Below are positions 1 through 14,632 of a stretch of 64,000 nucleotides of DNA, piece by piece; the first letter of the stretch is position 1, and every line of letters begins with the position of its first letter. The stretch covers positions 196,354,001 to 196,418,000 of the forward strand of contig NC_042998.1 of the NCBI RefSeq assembly GCF_006345805.1, read 5' to 3'. This stretch comes from Octopus sinensis (taxonomy: Eukaryota). The notes below the pieces were generated by a model. That model searched no databases. It was not told where the DNA came from and saw only the letters and a program-made list of their open reading frames with translations. The translations under genes were made by a program, and so were the position numbers.

Positions 1-1170
1 ATCATCATCATCATCATTTAACGTCCGTTTTCTATGCTGGCATGGGTTGGATGGTTTGACTGAGGACTGGCAAGCCAGGAGGCTGCACCAGACTCCAATC
101 TGATCTGGCAAGGTTTTCTACAGCTGGTTGCCCTTCCTAATGCCAACCACTCCAAGAGTGTAGGGGGTGCTTTTTATGTGCCACTGGCCTAAATTAAAAA
201 CTTGCATCCAAACTTCTTTTCCAGTTAAGTTCCAAATACCAGCTTAATTATAAGATTATTTTACTAAATTCTTCATTATTTTCAAAATTGAAATGCAGTG
301 TGTTCCAATAGAAATATGGTAACGATGGATTAAATGATTATTTGTTCCAGCTCCTTACATTCTGAGTTCAAACCCTACTTTGGCCTACTTGGGTGGTTGT
401 CTTAGGCTAACACCCAGTTTAACACCACCACCAGATACCTTGGGCAACTTTCCACCCTGGAATCCACCCTGTTGCAAGCATTCAGACCAGGTCTCCAGTT
501 TCCTCTCTCTCCCCCACCTACCCGTCATAGGGGCCCCGTAACAAGCCAAGAGCATTGCCTTTTCTTCCAACTAAAAGATTAAAATATAAATTAGTCATTT
601 TCTGAGATTACTATCAGCAATTTGGGAGGAACATGTGACTGAATCCTGACGAACTGTTAAACAACACTGAAAGTGTGTTGGTTCAATTCTCCTCTCAGGC
701 TTACAAAGCGACCCTCATGGGCCTAATTTCACAGAGAATACATGAGTTAATGTATATAATTTAACTTACTGATATTGTTGGATTAGATTCCGGTACAGGA
801 GAACCAGTTTGTAGATTTATCTGGAATAATAAATAATAATATGAAACATGGTGGAAGAGATTGAGTGAAGTTCATTTGATGATGGAAAACATCTGAGAAA
901 TGGAAATAAAATCAATGTTTTGAATGTCACAGGAAATTATGGTCCATAGTGAAGGATAAAAGATCACACACAAACATATATATGTATATATGTATATATA
1001 TATATATATATATGAGTGACTGTGTGGTAAGAAGCTTGCTTCCCAACCACATGGTTCCGGGTTCAGTCCCACTGTGTGACACCTTGGGCAAGTGTCTTCT
1101 ACTATAGCTTTAGGCCAACCAAAGCTGTGTGAGTGGATTTGGTAGACGAAAACTGAAAGAAGCCCGTCGT

Positions 1171-1498
1171 ATATATAGATGTGTATATATATACATATAT
1201 ATATATACATATATATATACATATATATACATATATATACATATATATACATATACATACATATACATACATATATATACATATACATACATATATATAC
1301 ATATACATACATATATATACATATACATACATATATATATACATATACACACATATATATACATATACACACATATATATACATACATATATACACATAC
1401 ATATATACACATACATATATACACATACATATATACACATACATATATACACATACATATATACACATACATATATACACATACATATATACACATAC

Positions 1499-1531
<33 letters not shown>

Positions 1532-2547
1532 CATATATATATATACATATATATATATACATATATATACAAATATATACACATATATATACACATATAT
1601 ATACATAATATACATATATATATAACATATATATATACAGATATATACATATATATATATACATATATATACATATATATATATACATATATATATACAT
1701 ATATATATACATAATATATACGTATAATCTATACATATATATACAATATATATATACTATATATACATATATATATATAATACTATATATACATATACAT
1801 ATATATACATATATATACATATATATATACATATACATATATATACATATATATATACATATACATATATATACATATATATATACATATATAACATATA
1901 CATATACATATATACATATTACATATACATATATATACATATACATATATATATACATATATATATATACATATATATTATACATATATATACATACATA
2001 TATATACATTATATATACATATATATATATACATATATATATATACTATATATATATACTATTTATACATATATATATATACATATATATATACATATAT
2101 ATATATACATATATATATATACATATATATTACATATATACATATATATATATACATATATATATATACATATATACATATATATATATACATATATACA
2201 TATATATATACACATTATATATACACATATATATATACACAACATATATATACACATATATATACACATATATATACATATATATATACATATATATACA
2301 ATATATATACACATACATATATACATACATATATACTATATATACACATATATATACACATACAATATACATCTATATACATATATATACACATACTATA
2401 TACATATATATATACATATTATACACATACATATATACATACATATATACATATATATATACTATATATACATATATATAACATACATATATACATACAT
2501 ATTATATACATATATATATATTATATACATATACATAACATATATAT

Positions 2548-2641
<94 letters not shown>

Positions 2642-3438
2642 CATATATACATACATACATATATATACATATATACATACATACATATATATACATATAT
2701 ATATATACATACATATATATACATATATATATACATACATATATATACATATATATATATACATACATATATATATACATATATATATACATACATATAT
2801 ATACATATATATACATACATATATATACATATATATACATACATATATATATACATATATAATACATACATATATATACATATATATACATACATATATA
2901 TATACATATATATATACATACATATATATATATACATACATATATATACATAATATATACATACATATTACATATATATATACATACATATATATACATA
3001 TATATACATATATATATAACATATATATACATACATATATATATACATATATATATACATATATATATACATATATATATACATATATATATACATACAT
3101 ATATATATACATACATACATATATATATACATACATACATATATATATACATACATACATATATATATACATACATACATATATATATACATACATACAT
3201 ACATATATTACATACATACATATATATAATACATATATGATATACATACATATATATATATATACATACTATATATATACATAATATATATATATACATA
3301 ATATATATATATATACATACATATATATATGCATACATATATACATGCATATATACATACATACATATATACATACATATATACATACATATATACATAC
3401 ATATATCATATATATATAACATATATATATACATATAT

Positions 3439-3473
<35 letters not shown>

Positions 3474-3802
3474 TATTACATATATATACATATATATATA
3501 CATATAATACATATATATACATATATATATATACATATATATATATACATATATATATACATATATATAACATATATATACATATATATACATATATAAT
3601 ACATATATATACAATATATATATATACATATACATATATATACATATATATACATATATAATACATATATATACATATATATACATACATATATTACATA
3701 TATATATATATATACATACATATATACATATATATATATACATACATATATACATATATATACATACATATATACATATATACATACATATATACATATA
3801 TA

Positions 3803-3873
<71 letters not shown>

Positions 3874-4551
3874 GTATATATATATGTATATATATATGTT
3901 ATATATATGTTTATATATGTATATATATATTATATATATATGTATATATATGTATATATATGTATATGTATATATGTGTATATATATATGTGTATATATA
4001 TATATGTGTATATATATATATAAAAATATATATGTGTATATATATACGTAAAAAGCACCCACTACACTCACGGAGTGGTTGGCGTTAGGAAGGGCATCCA
4101 GCTGTAGAAACATTGCCAGATTAGACTGGAGCCTGGTGCAGCCTTCTGGCTTCCCAGAACCCCGGTCGAACCGTCCAACCCATGCTAGCATGGAGAACGG
4201 ACGTTAAACGACGATGATGATACATATATATATATATAATATACATATATATATGTATATATATACATATACACATATATATATACACAATATATATATA
4301 TATACACATATATATACACATATATATATACACATATATACATATACATATATATATACACATATATACATATACATATATATACATATATATATTACAT
4401 ATATATATACATATATATATACATATATATATACATATATATATACATATATATACATATATATATACATATATATAATATATATATACATACATACACA
4501 TATATATACATATATATATATATATACATACATACACATACATATATGTAT
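1171..4551. repeat. ~3.4 kb compound (TA)/(TATATACA)/(TACA) microsatellite interrupted by an RTE tail at 4046-4221
   Basis: Read directly; lies between a SINE-A head (1014-1170) and a SINE-A tail (4552-4750). Confidence 0.97.
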
Positions 4552-5265
4552 GTATTTGTGTGTCTGTGTTTGTACCCCCACCGTTGCTTGACAACTGATG
4601 TAGGTGTGTTTACGTCCCCATAACTTAGCGGTTCAGCAAAAGAGACCAGTAGATTAAGTACTAGGCTTACAAAGAGTAAGTCCCGGGGTCGATTTGTTTA
4701 ACTAAAGGTGGTGCTCCAGCATGGCTGAAACAACTAAAAGAATGAAAGAATATAAATATATATATATATTACTACTAACTGGCACTCTGTATAAAGATGG
4801 TTTTTGGTAACAATCTCAGAATGTTGAGACAGCTACTTGATGTCTCCATTCTCATTGACCACCAGCTAATGGCAGATAGAAGACAGGGATTTTGTCACAA
4901 AGTGTATAGAGTCACTATTTTCCAGTTGTGACAGGTCAGCTTTTTTAGTAGTATGTCTCTCTTTGAGTCCAAATAATGGTTTTATTTTTCATCCAAAGAC
5001 TAACATTGGAACCACTATGTGCTGAAAATAAATTTTCTGTTAATTGTTCATTAGTTTTGTTAATTACTTCTAGGATTACATTTTCATTCACCTGCAGCAA
5101 GCAACCACCCACGACAGGGTTAAGGACCAAAACACTTGCATGACTTTGTTGGAGGAGGGCTTCTTCTCTGAAGATCTTCCACTGTTCAGCCCCCGAGTAG
5201 AGAATCTTGCTGCCTTGCTCAACATGGAAATTGTTGGCCCTTTTACACATAAAACAATTACTTAC

Positions 5266-5424
5266 TGTTCCTTTGATATTTGGAAGTTTGGTCGGGTCAA
5301 TTTTGCCAACATCCCAGGTCATCATCTTGGTAACAGGGTCAAATGAATATTTTCCCTGGTTTGGGGTGAGGGTCACATTTAGGATTGATTTTGGAAATAA
5401 CACTTCAACCACAACATTTTCAAT
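5266..5424 (-). CDS. AP3M1: AP3M1 exon 10 (IENVVVEVLFPKSILNVTLTPNQGKYSFDPVTKMMTWDVGKIDPTKLPNIKGT); gene continues left of the window
   Basis: TTTCAG acceptor, GTAAGT donor; phase 0/0; FDPVTK..TWDVGKI motif; the expected C-terminal ~60 aa were not found in 1-5265. Confidence 0.95.
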
Positions 5425-7000
5425 CTGAAATGAGAATTTAAAGACCCTTAAGAAAATGGCCAGGTATATCATGGAATATCACATAGCACATAATGGAATC
5501 ATATATTGCATAGTATCACATGGGATACAATATCAAATGGCACACAATGGAAGGGTGAATTGTACAGTATCGCATGGTGGTATGGTATAGTGTGTAGTAT
5601 ACAATATATTTTGTCATATCACACAGCATAGATGGTATGCAATATGATATCATATGGTATATAATGCTTACTTGTTGTGTTGGCCAAACATGGTATCTGT
5701 GAGTTTTATAAATGTGTTGACAAGTGGTCTAGTTAACACAGTTCTATATTCAAGAGATGAGGAATTATTTACATTATTTACATTATTTATATTTGTCAGT
5801 GAACAGGTCACGGTTTCAAAGCAACGAAAATATTTTGACACAAATTAAATTTAAATGTTGAAGTGATTCTAACAGTTTTTGTGTTTTTTTAAATGGCTTA
5901 TAAACACCTTCCACACTGCGATTGTTTTCGTTCCAGCACACAATCTCAGATCAGGTCACTTGCTATGCAAGTACATCTCCATAAGTTTAAATTATCATTT
6001 TGATAATTCTATACAGAATGTTAGACTTACTGTTTTCCCCATGGCTTGTTTTGGTCCAATAGTAATATTGTCAAAATATTTTTGTTGCTTTGAAACCACA
6101 ACCTGAGCACAGAATTTTGTCAGTGAATAGGTCACGGTTTCAAAGCAACGAAAATATTTTGACACAAATTAAATTTAAATGTTGAAGTGAATCTAATGAT
6201 TTTTTTGTGTGTTTTTAAATGGCTTATAAACACCTTCCACGCTGCAATTGTTTTCGTTCCAGCACACAATCTCAGATCAGGTCACTTGCTGACCTATGCT
6301 AGGGGCGTAACCAGCCCACTTATGTGTACCTTTTCCTTCTTTGGACACTAAAACTCTGCTTGCGAAGACCTATTGGGGCAAGTGAAATCAATCAAAATCA
6401 AATTCGATGACTGACGTCTGTGCTAGCAGGGTGCAAAGAGCACCATACAAGCGTAATCATTGACAGAGTGGCTAACTGGCTTCCGTGCCAGTGGCACTTA
6501 AAAGGCACCATTCGAGTGTGATCGTTACCAGCATTGCCTTACTAGCACTTGTGCCTGTGCTACTAGGGTGCCAAGAGCACCATACAAGCATGATCGTTGC
6601 CAGAGCAGCCAACTGTCTTCCGTACCAGTGGCACGTAAAAGGGCACCATTTGAGCATGATCGTTACCAACGTTGCCTTACTGGCACCTGTACCAGTGGCA
6701 TGTGTAAAAAGATTCGAGTGAGGTTGTTGTCAGTACCGCCTGACTGGCTCCCGTGCTGGTGGCACATAAAAGGTACCCACTACATTCTCGGAGTGGTTGG
6801 TGTTAGGAAGGGCATCCAGCTGTAGAAACTCTGCCAAATCAAGATTGGAGCCTGGTGCAGCCATCTGGTTCACCAGCCCTCAGTCAAAATCGTCCAACCC
6901 ATGCTAGCATGGAAAGCGGACGTTAAACGATGATGATGATGATGATCTCTGTAAGTTTAAATTATCATTTTAATAATTCTCTACAGAATGTCAGACTTAC

Positions 7001-7106
7001 TGTTTTCCCCATGGCTTGTTTTGGTCCAATAGTAACATCAAAGCGTCCAGCAGCACCTTCGCGAAATGATATTGTGTGTCGTACATAGATAGGAATGGCT
7101 ACCATA
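7001..7106 (-). CDS. AP3M1: AP3M1 exon 9 (MVAIPIYVRHTISFREGAAGRFDVTIGPKQAMGKT)
   Basis: TTGCAG acceptor, GTAAGT donor; phase 2 in, 0 out; follows a ~16.2 kb intron. Confidence 0.95.
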
Positions 7107-8292
7107 CTGCAAAAGAAGCAAGCAAAAGATTCTCTCTTTAAAAAAAAAACATTTTCTAACTGAAAAATGACATAAATTAAATTGAATTAAAAATTGATCG
7201 TTTCTGCTTTCAAAATTAAACATGTCACTGATGATTTGATCATCCAATATAGAGTAAATATTTTATATTTAGCACACAAACATATCACAGTGAAAACACT
7301 GGAATTCCTCTAATCATCAAAGTTCAACAAATTTGAGCCTGGTTAGTACTTAGATGGGTGACCGTTTGGAGAATGTAGCTGCTGTGAGCAAGGATATTGA
7401 CAGGGACATGCATGGCTGTGTCATTGGGAAGCTTGCTTGGCAGCCATTTGGAAACAGTGCCAGTGACACAAAAAACAAAAGCACCCAGTACACTATATCA
7501 AAAGTAGTTGATGCGAGGAAGGACATCCAGTTGTAGAAACCATGCCAAAGCTGGCTCACCAGATCCTGTCAAACCATCCAACCCATGCCAGCATGGAAAG
7601 CAGATGTTAAATGATGATGATATTGATAATGATGATGATGATGAATCATTATCATTTTACATCTGCTTTCCATGCTGGCATAGGTTGGATAGTTCATCAC
7701 GGAGTTAGCATGTATTCAGGAGGACTGCTGCCCCCCTAAATGAGTGAGAGGACCTAATCTCCCTCACGTTTCATATTAATCATGGTTTCTACAGCTGGAT
7801 GCCCTTCCTAGCACCAACCACTTTACAAAAAGTATTCTGTGTTTGTTTTTCATGGCACAAGCACTTAGTTATGTCTTCAACATAACTAAGGAACTCAAAA
7901 CCCAATGTGTCTGGTTGCTGGCCAGCCTCTTTACAGAGTGGTAAGCTTAAGTGATAGAGGCAGTGAATGATGGCTTATAAAAAGGATACAGGATAAGAGG
8001 TGGGATAGAAGTATTCAGCATTCTAAGATAGTCATGTTATTCAAGATAATGCAAAGTGACTGATATCAGCATCATCATCATTTAATCTCCATGCTGGTAT
8101 AGAATGGATAATTCAACAAGATCTGACAAGTTGGAGGCCTGCGTTGGATTACAATGTCTGCTTTGGCATGGTTTTTATGTCTGGTTACCATCTTCATGCC
8201 AACCACTTTACAGAATGTTCTGGGTGCTGTTTTCGTGACACTGGCACCAGTGAGGTCAACAAGTAACTTGCAAGACAAAATAGGTCGGTCTG

Positions 8293-8329
<37 letters not shown>

Positions 8330-8711
8330 AGTTTGGAAAGATATATTGTCCAGGCGGATACTGTGGTGGCTCTCAGTTATGTTCCAGGTTATGGCTAACT
8401 GCATTGATTAGACTTTAACATCTATGACAACTATTAGTTGTCACTGACTCTGTAAATTCCTCCGATGGGTAATTCCGTGACTGCTTCACTGGATGGTAAT
8501 ATAATCTAGAGTGTATATTAGAAATAGTTATAATAATAGAGGACATGGAGACATGTTCAACCTCAACATTTTTTCCTCTTATTTTATAATTACATACGGT
8601 ATATTTTTATGACTGTTATGACCTACACGTGTTTCTACATGTTACTATATTCAGCCTAGCATATGTTTCACCCACTTTACACTACCAAACATAGACAACA
8701 CAGCCAGTAAA

Positions 8712-9198
8712 TCTCTCTATATATAAAGCTGAAGTTGTCTGTGTATGGCGGAAGTTAAAGAGTGATTCAATGGTCGAGAGTTTCATGCATTAGCACTCAA
8801 AAGTTTGATCTATATATGTAAAGCTGAAGTTGTCTGTTTATGGCAGGTTTGGTAGCCTTCAATTAACACTATCTCCTCCAAGACCCTGCGGCACAAGTTG
8901 ACCAAAATTGAGAGTATGATAGAAGAAGGCTTGCTCTTCCTTCCGTAGAAGAAAAAATTCAAATCAGACCATGTTAACACTAAAAATTATTTACATCAAA
9001 AAGGTGCTTTTTTTCTATGAAAATCCCTATTTTTTACGATTTTTTGACTGCTGTGTCGCCATTTTTCGGTGTATTTCAACCAGAAAAATGTTCACTTAAA
9101 GAGAATAACAAGCTACATAATGCAAAATTTTTACTTTTCAAAAATTCCAATTCTAAAGGGTCAAAACAAACCCGAGCAACGCCAGGCGATACTACTAG
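8712..9198 (+). mobile_element. Non-autonomous Helitron-like element, second internal type; copy at 58432-58736(-)
   Basis: Same termini as the 41.6 kb family but a different interior; 5' end duplicated at ~8808. Confidence 0.7.
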
Positions 9199-9752
9199 TA
9201 TATAACTAAAAACATTACATGACAAGCAATACACTTGAATATAAGGTTGTTAGGTATCTGACTACTACAATAGATAAACAGGCCATCCAAAACAATAATA
9301 TTAACCTTGACCTAGTTAGGTAGAACCCTGGCTACAGCAAGTGTGAAACAGGGGTCAACCATACAAGTTTCAAAACAACTTCCCTTACCTCCCACTGAAC
9401 CCTAACTAACAAACAACTAACTGTATTCAGTTCATTTTGAAACAAGCCAAATGGACTGACCCTGAAGAAGCTGCACAGAAAGTCATGCACAGTTGCATGT
9501 GCAACTGGTCGTGTTTTGTACAGCGAAAACATATGTAGGTTGTAACAACTGTAAAAATATGCCGTATGTAATTATAACACGAGAGAAAAATCTTGAAGAT
9601 GAACACATCTCCATATTCTATATAATTATTGCTATACATATATATATATATAAGTTCAGTAAAAATTTAGATTCAGTTGAATATGGTACTTAAGTTGAAG
9701 GCACCAGAATTTGGTATGGTATTATCCATATAATTCAAAATGGGGTGATTAC

Positions 9753-9985
9753 AATCAAAATAAGCAACAAGGATATCCAGAGGTAATGCAGTACGACCAT
9801 TTCATGTGACTCCATTTAATTGAATAATGCAAATATTACATCAATTTATATTCTATATTTTTATGCAGCTGAAGATTGCTCTACATTTTAAAACTGATGT
9901 AATATTTCCATTGTTCAATTAAATGGAGTCGCATGAAACGATTGTACTGCATTACCTCTGGATATCCTTGTTGCTTGTTTTGATT
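9753..9985. repeat. Palindromic MITE-like element, ~90-bp arms
   Basis: 9753-9843 is the reverse complement of 9895-9985. Confidence 0.85.
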
Positions 9986-10389
9986 ATATATATATATATA
10001 TCGTTGTGGCACTCCGTTGGTTATAACGAGAGTTCCAGTTGATCCGATCAACAGAACACCCTGCTCGTAAAATTAACGTGCAAGTGGCTGAGCACTCCAC
10101 AGACGTGTGTACCATTAATGTAGTTCTCGGGGGAGATTCAGCGTGGCACAGAATGTGTCAAGGCTGGCCCCTTTGAAATACAAGTACAGCAGAAACAGGA
10201 AGAAATAGTGAGAGAAAGTTGTGGTGAAAGAGTGGAGCAGGGTTCGCCACCCCCCACCCCCTGCTGGAGCCTCGTGGAGATTTAGGCACCTTCACTCAAT
10301 AAATATTCACAATGCCTGGTCTGGGAAGCGAAACCGCGATCCTACGACCACAAGTCTGCTGCCCTAACCACTGGGCCATTGCGCCTCCA

Positions 10390-10780
<391 letters not shown>

Positions 10781-11789
10781 CTAATATCAAAAGTGAGAAT
10801 GAGTGCTCAATGCTGCATTGGTGGATAAATATTCTTTATTTGTGGGTTAACAAGGCTACCATTTGTTTCATGCAGAGAGAAATCTCTTAACAATCACAAG
10901 CCTGCCACATAGGAATGTTGGCACTTGACTCCATTGACCCCTTCGTAATAGTCATTTTAACATTCACCATGTCATGCTAGCATGGGTCAGACAGGATTCG
11001 TTGAGGTAACCCTTACTTGTTTACCCACAGCCAAAGATATTTTCACAGAAGACTGAAAATGAAGACTCTAGCTGGAGGATCCTTTATCAATCTGAATAAC
11101 TATATCTAACAGCAGCAGCACCAGCAGCAATGCCCCAGTGGTTAGGGCAGCGGACTCGCGGTCGGAGAATCGTGGTTTCAATTCCTAGACAGGGCGTTGT
11201 GTGTTTATTGAGCGAAAACACCTAAAGCTCCACGAGGCTCCGGCAGGGGGTGGTGGCAACCTTTGTTGTACTCTTTCGCTCCAACTTTCTCTCACTCTTT
11301 CTTCCTGTTTCTTGTCCCCGACTTCCTACGCAACTGCTGAGCCTGGATGCGCATTCATCCATCCGTCGATGCTCTCGGTATCGAGGGTTGACCTGCTTTC
11401 TCTTCTGCGGGTCTTACGAATAGCAAAGGACCATGTTTAGACTTCTTCCACTACACTGGGACGAAGACCGCTTCGCTCAACAAACAAACAAGCACCAGCA
11501 GCAGTTGATAATAGCCAACTTCATTAGGTTTCTCATCAAAACAAAATGAAACATCAAAGTGGAAGGGTGAGAGAGAGAGAGATAAACATGGGATTTAACA
11601 AGAATGTCTGGAAGTAAAAATATAATTAAGTAAAAACGGATCACAATAAAGTAGGGCAGGAATTAAGAGAAACATGAAATTTTAATATTGTAACATCATC
11701 TATAAACACAAGTTGATAAAAATATTTTCATTTTTGTATTTGGTTTGCAAGATTCTTAATGTGAACTCGTGTTTTGAAACAGATTTTGT

Positions 11790-12460
11790 AGTATTTTGGG
11801 AAGGTCATTATGTCAATAACACATACACAAACACTGGTTATATTTCACTTCTTTATATTTTTTTTTTTGTCAATTGATTAACCATTTAACCAATTAACTA
11901 ATTGATTGTTTGATTAATTGTTTGGTCAATCAAATCAGTCAATGAGGTTCACCAGAGTCTATTTCACATCTGAATCAGACCTAGAGTAGAGAGGGCATGT
12001 CATTGATGAAGTGGTAAATGGTAAATGGTGATGAAAGGACTTTGACAAACCTGACTGATTGATTATCCAAATGATTAATCAAACAATTATTATCATCGTC
12101 GTCTGCTTTCCATGCTGGAATGGGTTAAAAAGTTTATCAGGAGTTGGTAAGGACAAGATCCGTACCAGGCCCCATTATCTATTTTAGCAAGGTTTCCTAA
12201 TGCCAAACACTTTACAGAATGTACTGGGTGCTTTTTTATGTGGCATCAGTGCCAGTGTTTTAGACATGGCACCAACACCAGTGCTGTTTACATGGCACCA
12301 GCACCGACAGAAACACCAAGTACCTTGCAAAGACAAAAACTTGGCGGGGAGTAGATTATTTAATTGATTAAATGGTTAACCAGTTGACAAATAAACAATA
12401 AAAGAAGTGAAACAGAACCAGTGTGTGTGTGTATGTATTATTGGCGTAATGACCCTCCTG
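11790..12460. repeat. Degenerate foldback element with an internal RTE tail
   Basis: ~11795-11895 is inverted relative to ~12360-12460; inner inverted pair at ~11905-11945 and 12046-12085. Confidence 0.6.
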
Positions 12461-13677
12461 AGACACAGGTAAATAATGTATTTGAATATGAAGATATTTA
12501 AAAGATAATTATTTGAAATCTAATTATGAAGAAACCAACAAACAGAAACAAAAACTCAAAGTTGTAAATTTCACATCACAACAAACCCTAAAATTGAACA
12601 GAAATTTCTAGAATACTACATTGTATTTGAATACTAAGCATTACTAAATTCTATTGGAATACTAAACATTGCTAAATTCTATTGGAACACTATAGAATGC
12701 TATATTACTTCAAGACATTCCTTCCATTAACTGCCGACTGGGAGGCCACAAGAATTTTGACACCTTCCAATAATATTGCATATTAGAAAATTACTATTTG
12801 TAAATCTCACAATGAGAGATATTCAGCAACAGTACTTTGGAGTAAAGATTGTTTGCCAACATAACATGGCAGTCCTGGTTTAGGACGAATGTTGCTGTAA
12901 TTTAGCCCCAGGAGACATCATCTCCAGCTGGCTTTACGACATGATCTGTGTCCTTATATTTTCGAATAAGGGAATCTAGCACCCCCATTCAGCTCAAAAC
13001 AATATCTGTGTATCGCAATTTCCAGGTTATTTCCCTTCATCAGCACAGAATAATTGTTCAGCTAGAGGTGGGGCTGCCAAATTCCCATTCAAAATATGCA
13101 GTTTTTTAAGTGACAACTAGTCACTGATCTATGAATTAGAAAATTACTATTTGTAAATCTCAGAACAAGATTGTTGTGAGATGAGTGGGGGTGCTAGATT
13201 CCCTTGTTCAAAAATATAAGGTTACAGATCGTGTTGTATAGCCAGCTGGAGACGATGTCGCCTGGAGCTAAATTACAGCAACATTCATCCTAAACCAGGA
13301 CTGCCATGTTATGATGGCAAACAATCAGTATTGCATATTGTTCCTTGCAGCGGTGCCAAGCAGCAGCGATGCTACCAGTGAACAGCCAAATTCTTGCAGA
13401 AAACTATAGAACACTACTAAATTCTATTGGAAACAAAAGAGAGATCTAAGCAAAAAGAACTACCTACAGAATATTCCAGCATTGGTAAGAGGAAGCAAAA
13501 GAAGGAGCGAAAGAATCAGAAAGTCTCAGTGGAAGTCTGCTGCTCTGATATTAGTTGCAGCCAGGGTGATTAAAGAAAACATTCACATCCTCATTAGTTA
13601 TGGCATTAACCAAACGATTAGTGGACAAATATATTAGTAGAAGAGATAATGAACGAAACTGAGGGATTAGTTGAGAA

Positions 13678-13770
13678 GACTCGAGAGAGAAAGACTCAGG
13701 AGAGAAAGACTCGAGAGAGGAAGACTCAGGAGAGAAAGACTCAGGAGAGAAAGACTCGGGAGAGAAAGAC
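13678..13770. repeat. 15-bp minisatellite GAGAGAAAGACTC(A/G)G, ~6 copies
   Basis: Read directly. Confidence 0.85.
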
Positions 13771-14185
13771 AGTCATTAATATTGAGAACAGGAAGGAGAG
13801 AAAGAGAGCAAATGGTTTTTAAGAACATAGTTTTAGAGACAATGAGATGTCAACCAATATAAAACTTTAATATGGTGTTGTTGCTGTTGTTGTTGTTAAT
13901 GGTGGTGGTGGTGGTTAGGTAAGCTGAGGCATAGCTGTATAATTAAGAAGCTCGCTTTGCAGCCGTGTGATTCCCGGTTCAATCCTATGGTGTGACACTT
14001 TGGGTAAGCATCTCCTATCACAGCTTCTGGTTGACCGATACCTTGGGAGGGGAATTTGAAACAAAATTCAGTACAAACCCAGAAAATAATAAAGGAATCC
14101 CCTAATTTTACATTTTATTCTATTGAGTCCTTCAATGAAGGACCAATGCCCTTCATTCTTGAATTAAGACAACCAATGGATTATA

Positions 14186-14220
<35 letters not shown>

Positions 14221-14632
14221 TAGGTGTGGCTGTGTGGTAAGAAGTTTGCTTTGCAACCACATGGTTCTGGGTTCAGTCTCACTGTGTGGCACCTTGGTCA
14301 AGTGTCTTCTGCTATAACCTTGGGCCAACCAATGCCTTGTGAGTGGATTTGGTAGGCAGAAACTGAAAGAAGCCCATTGTGTGTGTGTGTCTGTGATTGT
14401 CCCCCACTACTGCTTGAAAACCAGTGTAGGGGTATTTATGTCCCCGTAACTTAGCAGTTAGGCAAAATAAACTGATAGAATAACTTATCAGGCTTAAAAA
14501 AAATAATAAGTACTGGGGTTAATTTAGTCAATTAAAAATTCTTCGAAGCAGTGCCCCAGCATGGCCACAGTCTAATGACTGAAACAAGTGGGGAAAAAAG
14601 TATTATATACGTATGTTTTCTTCTGTTTTTAA

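Noticed and set aside
385-570. 61-aa ORF as a possible AP3M1 terminal exon
   Set aside because: No similarity to the expected C-terminus (…GLKVNRLDMYGEKYKPFKGVKY…).
872-4594. Many long ORFs (up to 416 aa) of Y/I/M/C/V or Y/T/H/I
   Set aside because: Translations of TA/CA microsatellite that lack stops by composition; the same applies to 10296-10890.
9420-9640. Non-repetitive stretch; one minus frame (YIEYGDVFI...RHIF) faintly resembles ARV1, another looks like a signal peptide plus CxCxC
   Set aside because: Short, conflicting frames, no supporting neighbouring exons; resemblance could be chance without a BLAST search.
13671-13862. RRERL-repeat ORF
   Set aside because: Product of a 15-bp minisatellite.
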